From assembly GCA_038214755.1 (NCBI GenBank), contig JBBQRQ010000031.1, positions 1 to 48,622 on the forward strand: DNA of 48,622 nt. The letters are read 5' to 3'. The DNA is from Verrucomicrobiota bacterium. Its GTDB lineage: Bacteria; Verrucomicrobiota; Verrucomicrobiia; Limisphaerales; CANJXF01. Shown in pieces: positions 17,895 to 26,768 of the stretch. The number at the start of each line of letters is the position of its first letter. The stretch's first letter is position 1. The notes under the pieces are model-generated. The model did no database searches, was not told where the DNA came from, and saw only the letters and a list, made by a program, of their open reading frames with translations. The position numbers and the translations under genes are program-made.

Positions 17895-19253
17895 ATGAAA
17901 CTTTTCGTCATCCTGATTTTTTTCGCCTCGGTCGTTCTTGGTGCGGAATCACCACAATTATCTCTCGCGAATTACAGGAACGTCGCTGAACAACTTATTT
18001 CATCTGCGACCAATTCCGACTTCGCTTTCAATCGCCTCGCTTTGTTGTGCGATAAATTTGGCCCGCGTTTCAGTGGAACGACGAACCTCGAATCCGCCAT
18101 CGATTGGGTTCTCGCTGAAATGAAAAAAGACGGGCTGCAAAATGTTCATGGCGAACCGGTGATGGTTCCGCGTTGGGTTCGCGGCAAAGAATCGCTTGAG
18201 TTGCTCGAACCGCGCCCGCACCGGATGGAAATGCTTGGCCTCGGCGGCAGCGTCGCCACACCGCCCGATGGAATCACCGCCGAAGTTTTGGTGGTAAAAA
18301 ATTTTTCAGATTTGTCCAATCGGGTGGCCGAGGCCAAAGGCAAAATCGTTTTGTTCAATGAACCTTTCACCAGTTACCACGCGACAGTTCTCATCCGAAC
18401 GCGCGGTGCAATCGAAGCCGCAAAAGCGGGAGCGGTGGCGAGCTTGATTCGTTCCGTCACGCCCGTTTCGTTGCACACGCCGCACACGGGCAACATGCGC
18501 TACACGAATTCGTTCCCCAAAATTCCTCACGCTGCCATCACCGTCGAGGATGCCGGCATGTTGCAACGCATGTCAGATCGCGGAGAAAAAATGGTGGTGC
18601 GATTGACGATGGAGGCGAAAACTTTGCCAGACGCAAAATCGCGAAATGTGATTGGAGAAATTGTGGGAAGCGAAAAGCCGGAGGAAATAATTTTGGTCAG
18701 CGGCCATATCGATTCGTGGGACGTGGGGCAGGGCGCGATGGATGATGGCGGCGGCTGCATCGCGGCATGGGAAGCGGTCCGGCTCATGCACAAATTAGGA
18801 CTGCGTCCGCGCCGCACCATTCGCGTCGTGCTCTGGACGAATGAAGAAAACGGGATCGCCGGCGCGAAAGCATATCGCCAAGCCCACAAAAAAGAGTTGG
18901 CCAATCACGTTCTCGCCATTGAATGCGACGATGGAGTTTTCAAACCAACTGCTTTTAGTTTTGGCGGAAGTGAAGCAGGAAAAACTTTCGTGAAGGATGT
19001 GGCGAAGTGGCTGCAGAAAATTACGCCGATGAAAATAATTTCCGGAGCGGGCGGCGCGGACATTTCACAACTTGAATCGGATGGTGTGCCGCTGATGGAT
19101 TTGCTGGTCGAGCCGGCGAAATATTTTTGGTATCACCACACCGACGCCGACACGATTGACAAAATCAATCGCGATGAACTCAACCAATGCGTCTCTGCTC
19201 TGGCGGTCATGGTATATGTCATCGCCGATTCAGAGGAAAAATTGCCGCGATAA
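17895..19253 (+). CDS. M28-family peptidase (carboxypeptidase Q-like, PA domain), secreted
   Basis: GHIDSWD, GAMDDGGG, NEENG, YHHT..DT. Confidence 0.9.
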   Translation: MKLFVILIFFASVVLGAESPQLSLANYRNVAEQLISSATNSDFAFNRLALLCDKFGPRFSGTTNLESAIDWVLAEMKKDGLQNVHGEPVMVPRWVRGKESLELLEPRPHRMEMLGLGGSVATPPDGITAEVLVVKNFSDLSNRVAEAKGKIVLFNEPFTSYHATVLIRTRGAIEAAKAGAVASLIRSVTPVSLHTPHTGNMRYTNSFPKIPHAAITVEDAGMLQRMSDRGEKMVVRLTMEAKTLPDAKSRNVIGEIVGSEKPEEIILVSGHIDSWDVGQGAMDDGGGCIAAWEAVRLMHKLGLRPRRTIRVVLWTNEENGIAGAKAYRQAHKKELANHVLAIECDDGVFKPTAFSFGGSEAGKTFVKDVAKWLQKITPMKIISGAGGADISQLESDGVPLMDLLVEPAKYFWYHHTDADTIDKINRDELNQCVSALAVMVYVIADSEEKLPR

Positions 19254-19276
19254 AAGCAAAACTGGCGCGTGCTCCA

Positions 19277-19528
19277 CAAAGTAGCGCAGTGCGTCTCGCC
19301 TGCGGCCCGGCTCCGGTTTTCTTGCGGAGCCGAGACGGGGGTGTGATTTTACTAGCAGTCAGAACCAGAGCGCCAGAGGGCTGGCGCACTCCAAGACGCT
19401 TCGCGCCATTCACGCCATCGAAATTCGCGCGAGCGTCTTGGAGTGCGGCGGCCCTCCGCCGCTTTTAACAGCACCGATAGTGACCGCTACTTGGAATCAC
19501 ACCCGGCGAGACGCACTGCGCTACTTTG
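19277..19528. mobile_element. Composite: outer GTAG REP pair enclosing MITE-like family A copy 2 (19339-19504)
   Basis: Outer caaagtagcgcagtgcgtctcgcc / ggcgagacgcactgcgctactttg; inner terminal repeats gggtgtgatt / aatcacaccc. Confidence 0.85.
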
Positions 19529-19576
19529 GCCGTTGTTTCTGATTGAGTTTTTAACGGAGCGCATTATTTTTTTCTC

Positions 19577-20044
19577 ATGAACGAAGTCAACGTCGCGAGT
19601 TTTAACGAATCGGACCAGGCCGAGGCCCTCAAAAATCGTTTGGAACAGGCTGGGATCAAAGCCGAAGTTTACGACGAATCGAAATTGCAGCGGTTTTGGT
19701 TTAACGCCGAGTCGTTGGCCGGAAAAAAAGTTCGCGTGGCCGAGCGCGATTTTGAAAAAGCCAAACTCGTGTTGGACAATCTGGACGCCAAAGAAGATAC
19801 CCTGCACGACGCCGTTCGCTGTCCCAAATGCGGTTCACCCCGCGTCGATTATCCTGCGGCGACGCGAAAATTTATCGGCCCCGCGCTCGTCGAAATTTTC
19901 TGCACGACGGCTCATCTGGTGGACAAAGAATTTTACTGCGAGCATTGCCAGCACACCTGGGCGCCGAAAGTGAAACTGGAACACAAGACGGATGTCCTGG
20001 GCTGGCCGGTCAAAGACGAAATCAAACCGCCGTCGGAGGTGTGA
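19577..20044 (+). CDS. DUF2007-like domain plus zinc-ribbon protein
   Basis: AEALKNRLEQAGI...V.V...D.EKA; CPKCGS and CEHC pairs. Confidence 0.7.
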   Translation: MNEVNVASFNESDQAEALKNRLEQAGIKAEVYDESKLQRFWFNAESLAGKKVRVAERDFEKAKLVLDNLDAKEDTLHDAVRCPKCGSPRVDYPAATRKFIGPALVEIFCTTAHLVDKEFYCEHCQHTWAPKVKLEHKTDVLGWPVKDEIKPPSEV

Positions 20045-20065
20045 CGGGGCGTGTTGCCCAACCAA

Positions 20066-20166
20066 GTAGGAGCGCGGACGTTCTCGTCCGCGTGTTTCAA
20101 GACGGGCAAAAACCTCAGCACTTTCGCCGCCTCGCCATTCGCGCGGACGAGAACGTCCGCGCTCCT
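20066..20166. repeat. REP pair, family B, copy 2
   Basis: Arms identical to 4569-4654, different spacer. Confidence 0.9.
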
Positions 20167-20185
20167 TTCCATTTTGGGCCACCCG

Positions 20186-22750
20186 CTATTTTGTAGGACT
20201 TTCGCGAGATACGCTCGGTTTGATTGCGGCCACTACGAACGCATCTGCTTTCAAATATTTTCGCGCGACGATTTTGATTTGCTCGGTAGTCACCGCCTCA
20301 TACTTCGCGTTCTCGCCATCGCTGTAATCGTAGCCGAGTCCGTAAAGTTCATCGAGCGCGCTGGCCATCGCATAACTTCCCAAATCCTGCCGGCCAATTT
20401 TCTTTTGCCCGATGACTTTTGCTTTGGCGCGTTTTAATTCGGCTTCAGTCAAGCCTTCTTCCCGCAACAAACCGGCCTCATTCAACAATTCTTTTTCAAC
20501 CAACTCCAATTTCTCCGGCATCGTTCCGACGTAGAACGCAAAAAATCCTGGAGCCAAACCCAGGAAATGTTGCGCCCCGACGAAATAGGCCAGCCCAAGG
20601 TTTTCCCGCACACGCACGAACAGACGCGACCCAAGATCGCTGCACGCTTCCTGGATCAGTTCGAGCGCGTAACGATCTTCGTCAAAAACCGTCACGCCGG
20701 AAAAACCGATCAGGAGAACGGCTTGGGTTTTGTCGCGCGTTTCTTCCACACGCTGAATCCGATTCAGCGAAGTCGATTTCAGATTCGGTTGGATCAAAGA
20801 TTTTTTGGAATTCCAATCCTCCAGAGTTTTTTCCACCGCGACCTTTATTTCTTCCGGGTTCACATCGCCAAAAATGGCCAGCACACAATTTTCTGGAACG
20901 ACCAGTGCGCGATGGAATTTCTGCAAATCGGAAATCGTAATCGCCGGCACGCTCTCTTCACTGCCGATGGCGTCGAGGCCATAAGTCGTTTCGCCAAAAA
21001 GCGCGCGGCGCATGATCCGCGCGCCCGCTTGCAACGTGTGATCGTTTTGCTCCTTGATTCCCGCGAGTTGAATCTGTTGTTCGCGCTGAAAAGCCTCCGC
21101 CGGAAAAGTTGGATTCAAAAGCACGTCGGTAAAAAGGCGCAGACCCAACTCGAAATCGCCGCTCATCACCTCGGCGCTGACCCCAAAACTATTGTTGCCG
21201 CCAAACGTATCAATGTGACCGCCGACCGACTCAATCTCAGTGGCGATTTGTTCGGCGGAACGTTTGCGCGTTCCCTGCAAAAGCATTTTCGCGGCGAGTT
21301 GAGTCAGGCCGTTATTCGTCGGAGTCTCGACGAGCACGCCGCCTTTCAGCACGCCGCGAAATTCCACGAAGGGCAAGCGATGATCTTCTTTGACGAGAAG
21401 GCGAAGGCCATTGGGCAAATCAAATTTGCGAATTGGATTTTGCGCAATCTGTTCCGTGATTTGAATTTGTTTTGGCGCGGAACCGGTGGGCAAGAGCGCG
21501 TAGAGAGTGCGATTTTCCGCTGACAAATATTCGCGGGCGACGCGTTGCAAATCGATTTGCGTCACGCGTTTCACAGCGGCGAGATGGCGTTCCGAAAAAC
21601 TGAGATCATTGGCGGCCATCCAATTGCCCCCCAGGTCCTGCGCCTGACCCTGCATTGTTTTGCGCGTCGCGAATTGCCCGGCGATAAATTGCTTAATGAT
21701 CTTGGATAACTCTTCAGCGGGAACCAACTGGTCTTTGAGCTTTTCAATTTCTTCAAGCATGGCGGCGTTCGCCGTGGAAAATTTTTCGGCGTTCACGTTG
21801 GCGCTCAGGCCGAACAAACCCATTTCGCCCGGACTGTAAGTCCAGGCCTCCACAGAATTCACAAGCGCTTTTTTTTCGCGGACTTCCTGAAACAGGCGCG
21901 CGCTTCGTCCGTTACCGAGAAGGGTCGCCAAAATTTCCAGCGCGGGAATATCAGGGTGGCGAACATCGGGAATGTGCCAACTGAAATGAAGATGGCCCAG
22001 TTCAATGGACGCTTCTTCGATGAGTTCGCGCGGAGCAGTTTGTTTCGGCTCGCTGGGCAAAATACTCGGCGCGACGTTTTTCAATTTGCTTTTGGAAAAC
22101 GCCTCGGTGATTTGCGAAATCACTTCGTCTTGTTTCACGTCGCCCACCACGACGAAGAACATGTTGTTCGCCGTATAACGCTCGCGGTAATAACCGAGGA
22201 TATCCGTGGGCTGAAGTTGGTTAAAAATTTCCGGATAACCGATGATGGTGAATCGATACGGGCTGCGTGTGAAAGCCGTTTCAAAAAGGCGACGGCTGGC
22301 ACGGCGATCGGGATCATCCTGGTTCATGTCCATCTCGCGCCGAATGACATCGAGTTCTTTCGCCAGTTCGTCGGCGGGCAAAGTTGCGTTCTGCATGATG
22401 TCGCAAAGAACATCGATGGCGACAGTCGCTCCGGTGTTCGGCGCATTGATCCAATAAACGGTGCGATCAAACGCCGTGTAAGCGTTCATGTAACCGCCCA
22501 CGTCTTGCACCTCCTGATCGATTCGCCCCGCGCCGCGCGTAGTCGTTCCTTTGAAGAGCATGTGTTCGAGGACATGAGAAAGTCCCGCGCCGAGCCATTT
22601 GCCTTCGTCGATGCTGCCGGTTTTGCACCAGGCTTGCGCGGAGACGACGGGCGCGCTGTGGTCTTCGCGGACGATGATGGTGAGGCCATTCGCGAGTTGA
22701 ATCATTTTTACGCCCGGTGGTAGCGAAGGAATGGAATCGTTATAATTCAA
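20186..22750 (-). CDS. M16 (pitrilysin-family) zinc protease with two M16 halves
   Basis: HVLEHMLFKGT (HxxEH), NAYT.FDRT; second half lacks the metal motif; start codon uncertain. Confidence 0.92.
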   Translation of the reverse strand: MNYNDSIPSLPPGVKMIQLANGLTIIVREDHSAPVVSAQAWCKTGSIDEGKWLGAGLSHVLEHMLFKGTTTRGAGRIDQEVQDVGGYMNAYTAFDRTVYWINAPNTGATVAIDVLCDIMQNATLPADELAKELDVIRREMDMNQDDPDRRASRRLFETAFTRSPYRFTIIGYPEIFNQLQPTDILGYYRERYTANNMFFVVVGDVKQDEVISQITEAFSKSKLKNVAPSILPSEPKQTAPRELIEEASIELGHLHFSWHIPDVRHPDIPALEILATLLGNGRSARLFQEVREKKALVNSVEAWTYSPGEMGLFGLSANVNAEKFSTANAAMLEEIEKLKDQLVPAEELSKIIKQFIAGQFATRKTMQGQAQDLGGNWMAANDLSFSERHLAAVKRVTQIDLQRVAREYLSAENRTLYALLPTGSAPKQIQITEQIAQNPIRKFDLPNGLRLLVKEDHRLPFVEFRGVLKGGVLVETPTNNGLTQLAAKMLLQGTRKRSAEQIATEIESVGGHIDTFGGNNSFGVSAEVMSGDFELGLRLFTDVLLNPTFPAEAFQREQQIQLAGIKEQNDHTLQAGARIMRRALFGETTYGLDAIGSEESVPAITISDLQKFHRALVVPENCVLAIFGDVNPEEIKVAVEKTLEDWNSKKSLIQPNLKSTSLNRIQRVEETRDKTQAVLLIGFSGVTVFDEDRYALELIQEACSDLGSRLFVRVRENLGLAYFVGAQHFLGLAPGFFAFYVGTMPEKLELVEKELLNEAGLLREEGLTEAELKRAKAKVIGQKKIGRQDLGSYAMASALDELYGLGYDYSDGENAKYEAVTTEQIKIVARKYLKADAFVVAAIKPSVSRESPTK

Positions 22751-23211
22751 AGTTCACCCGCGCTTTGGACGGCCTTGGTTTTCATTGCTGCGGAAAGATG
22801 AAAAGTAGTCTTAGTTTCCAATTCGTGAATGACATTGCGAACGGAAGAAAGGTAACCGTCCTCTTTCGCTCGTAGAAGCACGCCGATCAAACCCATGAAC
22901 CGAACTCCTTCGCGCGCGGCAACAATGCGGCCTTCCTTTTCGTCAATCAGCAGAAGGTTAGCGTGTGTTTCCTTGGCGAGGACAATGGCTTCGGCTTCAC
23001 CGGGATCAAGGTCTGTCAGCAAGCGTTCGACTTCATTTCGATTCTTGACCGTTCTGCATTTGAAAAAAGTCGGAAGGGACGGATGTAAGCAGAAAAGTTC
23101 TTCTCGGACCGCCTCTGGAATCAAAATCTCTTTATACAAGCGTTCCAACAAATCGACCCGGCTGATTTGTAAAAGCGTGGTGATTGGCGAAGTGTCACTG
23201 ACAACAATCAT
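22747..23211 (-). CDS. DUF3368-family PIN-domain toxin (intact copy)
   Basis: MIVVSDTSPI, IPEAV.EEL, LDPGEAEAI, LLIDE..GR. Confidence 0.85.
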   Translation of the reverse strand: MIVVSDTSPITTLLQISRVDLLERLYKEILIPEAVREELFCLHPSLPTFFKCRTVKNRNEVERLLTDLDPGEAEAIVLAKETHANLLLIDEKEGRIVAAREGVRFMGLIGVLLRAKEDGYLSSVRNVIHELETKTTFHLSAAMKTKAVQSAGEL

Positions 23212-23465
23212 GCCGCCTTCCGTTTGCGGCTCAGTTGTTCAACCATTTGAATGTCATGCTCCAAATCCTCCATCGAGTAGTGCATCCCGATGCCGCGCCT
23301 GGCAAGTTCCTGCATGAACAAAACTTTGGGCATTCTTGCGACCTTCGCAGCGCGTCCGAGCGACACGCGTTGTCCAGTATAGACACCAACCGCGAGTTCC
23401 ACCCGCGCCTGCTCGGTCGTCAGCCGCAGATTGTGCAGTTCCTTGTCTGGCAGTTCAATCGTCAT
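23208..23465 (-). CDS. UPF0175-family antitoxin, copy 1
   Basis: ELAV..Y...VSLGRAAKVA...F..EL..RGI; ATGA overlap with the PIN gene. Confidence 0.85.
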   Translation of the reverse strand: MTIELPDKELHNLRLTTEQARVELAVGVYTGQRVSLGRAAKVARMPKVLFMQELARRGIGMHYSMEDLEHDIQMVEQLSRKRKAA

Positions 23466-23518
23466 AAACAAATTGTAACATCACGGGCTGGTCAGACAAT
23501 GAGCTTTTGCCGACGCGG

Positions 23519-23573
23519 TTGGAGTTCAAGCTTTAGCTTGTTTTTACCCGACACGCTAAAGCGTGAACTCCAA
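23519..23573. repeat. REP-like palindrome at the duplication junction
   Basis: ttggagttca...gctttagc...gctaaagcgtgaactccaa; second copy at 24387-24442. Confidence 0.75.
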
Positions 23574-23575
23574 CA

Positions 23576-23632
23576 TCATGCGAGTTGCGTCATTTTAACG
23601 CCAGGCGGAAATGCGGAAATCGACTCGCTCAT
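23576..23632 (-). pseudogene. Duplicated 18-codon N-terminal remnant of the M16 protease
   Basis: MSESISAFPPGVKMTQLA* versus NDSIPSLPPGVKMIQLA. Confidence 0.75.
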
Positions 23633-24091
23633 AATTCGTTTGCCCCGCGGAAAATAATTTCTTTGACGGCATTGGCCACGTAAAAACGAGCGTCGGTTTC
23701 GAGTTGTCTGGTCAATTCGCGAACAGACGGAACGAGTCCACGCCCTTTCGCTTCGAGAACCACACCGAGGAGACCGATAACCTGGATGCCTTCGCGCACA
23801 GCCACGCGTCTTCCATCAGCTTCGTCAATTAATAGTTCATCCGCTTTGAGTTCCCTGGCAAGCACGATAGCTTCTGATTCTCCTTCATCCAATTCCGCAC
23901 GGAGGCGGACGTAGAAAGCGGTATCAACAATAGGAACAACGTGAATAAACGCGGGCAACGTCTATGGGTTACTGCCAGTTCATCACACACGGCTTGGGGA
24001 TAAAAATTTCGCCGTAAAGGGCTGAGAGCAACTCGATGCGCCGAATTTGAAGGAGCGCTGTGATGGCCGAGGTGTCGCTGACAACAATCAT
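23629..24091 (-). pseudogene. DUF3368 PIN toxin, copy 2, with two single-base deletions
   Basis: Three frames join up: MIVVSDTSAI...IP / QAVCDELAVTH / TLPAF...LDEGESEAI; 463 nt versus 465 nt for copy 1. Confidence 0.8.
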
Positions 24092-24333
24092 CGACCCAAT
24101 CTTTTACGGACGGTTTCAACATCTTGCTGCGCGTCTTCAGCGGTGTAATTGATGCAGATACCGCGTTGGCCAATCGCGTGCATAAAATCAGTGTAGGAAA
24201 TGCCTGCGATTTTGGCAGCGCGTCCAAGCGAGACTTCGTGGCGGGCATAAAGACCCACGGCGAAATCCAAACGAGCCTCTTCATTCGTCAACCGCAGATC
24301 GCCGATCTCCTTGTCTGGCAGTTCAATCGTCAT
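24088..24333 (-). CDS. UPF0175-family antitoxin, copy 2
   Basis: Paralog of copy 1 (MTIELPDKE..., VSLGRAAK). Confidence 0.85.
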   Translation of the reverse strand: MTIELPDKEIGDLRLTNEEARLDFAVGLYARHEVSLGRAAKIAGISYTDFMHAIGQRGICINYTAEDAQQDVETVRKRLGR

Positions 24334-24442
24334 AAACAAATTCTAACATCACACGCAGGGCAGACAATGAGCTTTTGCCAACGCGGTTGGAGTCCCAGCT
24401 CCAGCTTGTTTAAACCAAACACACGGAAGCGTGAACTCCCAA

Positions 24443-24859
24443 TCACGCCGAAGCCTTCTCGCTTTTCGGCAATTTATTCCGGGGCAAAAACGGTTGGCGA
24501 AAGGCCGCCTCGAAATTATAGGCCTCCTTGAAATCTTCGCGCGTATCGCTGGCCGTTTTCGCCAGCAAATTATTTTCCACCATGTTGAAAACCATTTCGC
24601 CAAAATCTTCGCAGGAACGAATGCCCCACTCGTCGAGCACCGTCAGCGCCATCGGGCCGAATTGCGTCAGAGCGTAATCGCGGATTCCGCCAAGCAATTC
24701 CTGTCCGCTCACGTGGCGAATTCCGCCCTTCGATGTTTTAGCCACAATTTTCTGCGTGTGATCCAACGCTTCGCGCAGGAAAAAATAGCTGTCGCGATGG
24801 TAGCGGGAATCGGCGCTCAGGATTTTTTCCAGGATTTCTTCAAAGTGAATTGCTTGCAT
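24443..24859 (-). CDS. Minf_1886-like conserved PVC protein
   Basis: D.RY..DSY.F.REAL, HVSGQEL..G.R.YA..QFG, DFGEMVFNMVE. Confidence 0.8.
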   Translation of the reverse strand: MQAIHFEEILEKILSADSRYHRDSYFFLREALDHTQKIVAKTSKGGIRHVSGQELLGGIRDYALTQFGPMALTVLDEWGIRSCEDFGEMVFNMVENNLLAKTASDTREDFKEAYNFEAAFRQPFLPRNKLPKSEKASA

Positions 24860-25049
24860 GATTTGTATCTTCCGAAATTTCCGATGAAACGGCGGGCGGA
24901 TGCGCCCTTCGATAATACTTCACCGCCCAACCAATGAGCAGCAGCGCGAGGGCGAAGTAAAAAACTTTTCGCTCCTGTTTCGTCAGCCAGCCCGCGCCGA
25001 AAAAATAATTAAACTTTGGATTCACGATGTTGCGGCGCGGCTTTTCCAT
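24840..25049 (-). CDS. Small single-TM protein (start uncertain)
   Basis: WLTKQE...ALLLIGWAVK.YR; overlaps both neighbours in an apparent operon. Confidence 0.5.
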   Translation of the reverse strand: MEKPRRNIVNPKFNYFFGAGWLTKQERKVFYFALALLLIGWAVKYYRRAHPPAVSSEISEDTNHASNSL

Positions 25050-25791
25050 TCACACGCGGCGACCGGCGAAATCCATTTTGAATCCACAACCGCCAGACCA
25101 TCCAGAGCGCCTCGCGCACAATTTTCTTCGACATTTTTGACGTGCCTTGAAATCGATCCGTAAAAATAATCGGCACTTCAACGACCTTCATCCCCTGCCG
25201 CCAGATTTTATGGGTCAGCTCGATTTGAAAACTGTAACCATTGGAACGCACCTGCTCCAAATCAATTGATTCCAGGGCGCATCGGCGAAAACATTTGAAC
25301 CCGCCCGTCGGATCGGTGAACGGCATTCCAGTAATGATTCGAACATAACGCGCGGCGCTGGTGCTTAGGAGCAATCGTTCCAACGGCCAATTGATCACGC
25401 GAATCCCGTTGCAATAGCGCGAGCCGAGAACCAGATCGGCCCCGCCATCGCGGGACGCGGCCTCAATAAATTTTGGAATGTCATCCGGGTTGTGCGAAAA
25501 ATCTCCGTCCATTTCCAGAATGAATTCGTAGTCGCGTTCCAACGCCCACGCGAAACCGGCGAGGTAAGCGCGACCCAATCCATTTTTTTCAGCGCGATGC
25601 AGAACGTGAATGCCGGGATGTTTCGCCGCGAGATCGTCGGCAATTCTTCCCGTGCCATCGGGCGAGTTATCATCGACCACCAATAAATCAACCGGCACGG
25701 ACAGTGCCAGAATCCGTTGCACCATCGGCGGAAGATTTTCGCGCTCGTTATACGTTGGAACGATAATGAGAGTGTTGTTGGCGCTGGTCAT
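25009..25791 (-). CDS. Polyprenol monophosphomannose synthase (DPM1-like GT2)
   Basis: IVPTYNE, VDDNSPDGTG, EMDGDFSH, GYSFQIE; the ORF extension above 25791 is translated repeat. Confidence 0.9.
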   Translation of the reverse strand: MTSANNTLIIVPTYNERENLPPMVQRILALSVPVDLLVVDDNSPDGTGRIADDLAAKHPGIHVLHRAEKNGLGRAYLAGFAWALERDYEFILEMDGDFSHNPDDIPKFIEAASRDGGADLVLGSRYCNGIRVINWPLERLLLSTSAARYVRIITGMPFTDPTGGFKCFRRCALESIDLEQVRSNGYSFQIELTHKIWRQGMKVVEVPIIFTDRFQGTSKMSKKIVREALWMVWRLWIQNGFRRSPRVNGKAAPQHRESKV

Positions 25792-25863
25792 GGGCGGGAG
25801 AAGTAAGCCCACCCGCCTTGAAAGTTCAAGGGGCAAAGTGCGGCGGGAGAGCAAAGGGGCGCA

Positions 25864-26067
25864 TCTCAGTTTCCTGGAATGTCTGTTCCGAATCTCATTA
25901 GCACCCGGCTTCAGCCGGGTGTTAAGGTCGTGCGGCGAGTTCAACCGCTTCAGCGGTTTGCCTATGCGGGAAACCGCTGAAGCGGTTGAGGGTCGAAATC
26001 TGTTCCCGTTCACCCGGCTGAAGCCGGGTGCTAATGAGAGGGGTATTCGAGTCGCAAGAAACTGAGA
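25864..26067. repeat. Nested palindromic element, family F
   Basis: tctcattagcacccggcttcagccgggtg...cacccggctgaagccgggtgctaatgaga; inner aaccgcttcagcggtt pair; outer tctcagtttc/gaaactgaga. Confidence 0.85.
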
Positions 26068-26106
26068 GGCACCGAGGGCACACACGAACACGTAACGAAT
26101 CGACGC

Positions 26107-26694
26107 TCACTTCTTTTTGTCTTGGGGAATCGTGAGCGCGGAAACCGATCCATTGGTTTCCAAGCGTTTGCCAAACCCGAGTTTCACCTCAGCCGGGCCC
26201 CCCATTACGTTCGGAACGGTCACGGTTGGCAGGGAGGTATATCCCGAGCCACCGCTGATAAGTTGGTAACCCGTTACCACCCCGTTTTGCACCAAGGCGT
26301 TGGCGACTGCCGGCTTGGTCGTCCACAATTCTCCGCGACTGCGAACGTATCGGTAATAATTCGATGCCGCATCCAGTTTTTCATTCGTCACGCCATACTT
26401 GCCGAGAGCCGACAGGAGCGCGGCTTTGTTGTCGCGCACCTGCCGAGGGTCTGGCTCCGTTCCGGCCGACGCCGGGCGGACATGACGAAAGGCTTCGCGG
26501 AATACCTCTGGCGTCACCCCAAGAGCAGCGGCGATCAACACCACCGGCCTTCCTCCGTCTCGTGAATCGGTCTCATGGCCTCCCGAGAAGACCACCGGGA
26601 CGCGTGTGATGGTTGGTCCATTGGTTTGCGCCTGCGCGATTGAAGCCACGAGAACACTGACTGCGGCAGCGATGTTGAGTGCGATTAGTTTCAT
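26107..26694 (-). CDS. Secreted hypothetical protein
   Basis: Signal peptide; GGHETD.RD.GRPVVLIAAALGV; GGSGY motif. Confidence 0.65.
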   Translation of the reverse strand: MKLIALNIAAAVSVLVASIAQAQTNGPTITRVPVVFSGGHETDSRDGGRPVVLIAAALGVTPEVFREAFRHVRPASAGTEPDPRQVRDNKAALLSALGKYGVTNEKLDAASNYYRYVRSRGELWTTKPAVANALVQNGVVTGYQLISGGSGYTSLPTVTVPNVMGGPAEVKLGFGKRLETNGSVSALTIPQDKKK

Positions 26695-26768
26695 AGTTGG
26701 TTGGAGGTCTAACGGATTCTTATGATTGATTTCCACTGGAACACAAAAGTTATCCAGTTTGTCCCGCG

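Noticed and set aside
4569..26067. Intergenic palindromes as dispersed attC sites
   Set aside because: They lack RYYYAAC...GTTRRRY ends and mostly carry GTAG/GGAG REP ends.
25792..26091. 100-aa N-terminal extension of the GT2
   Set aside because: It is read through the palindromic repeat, and GT2 homology starts at 25791, so it is not counted as an in-frame insertion.
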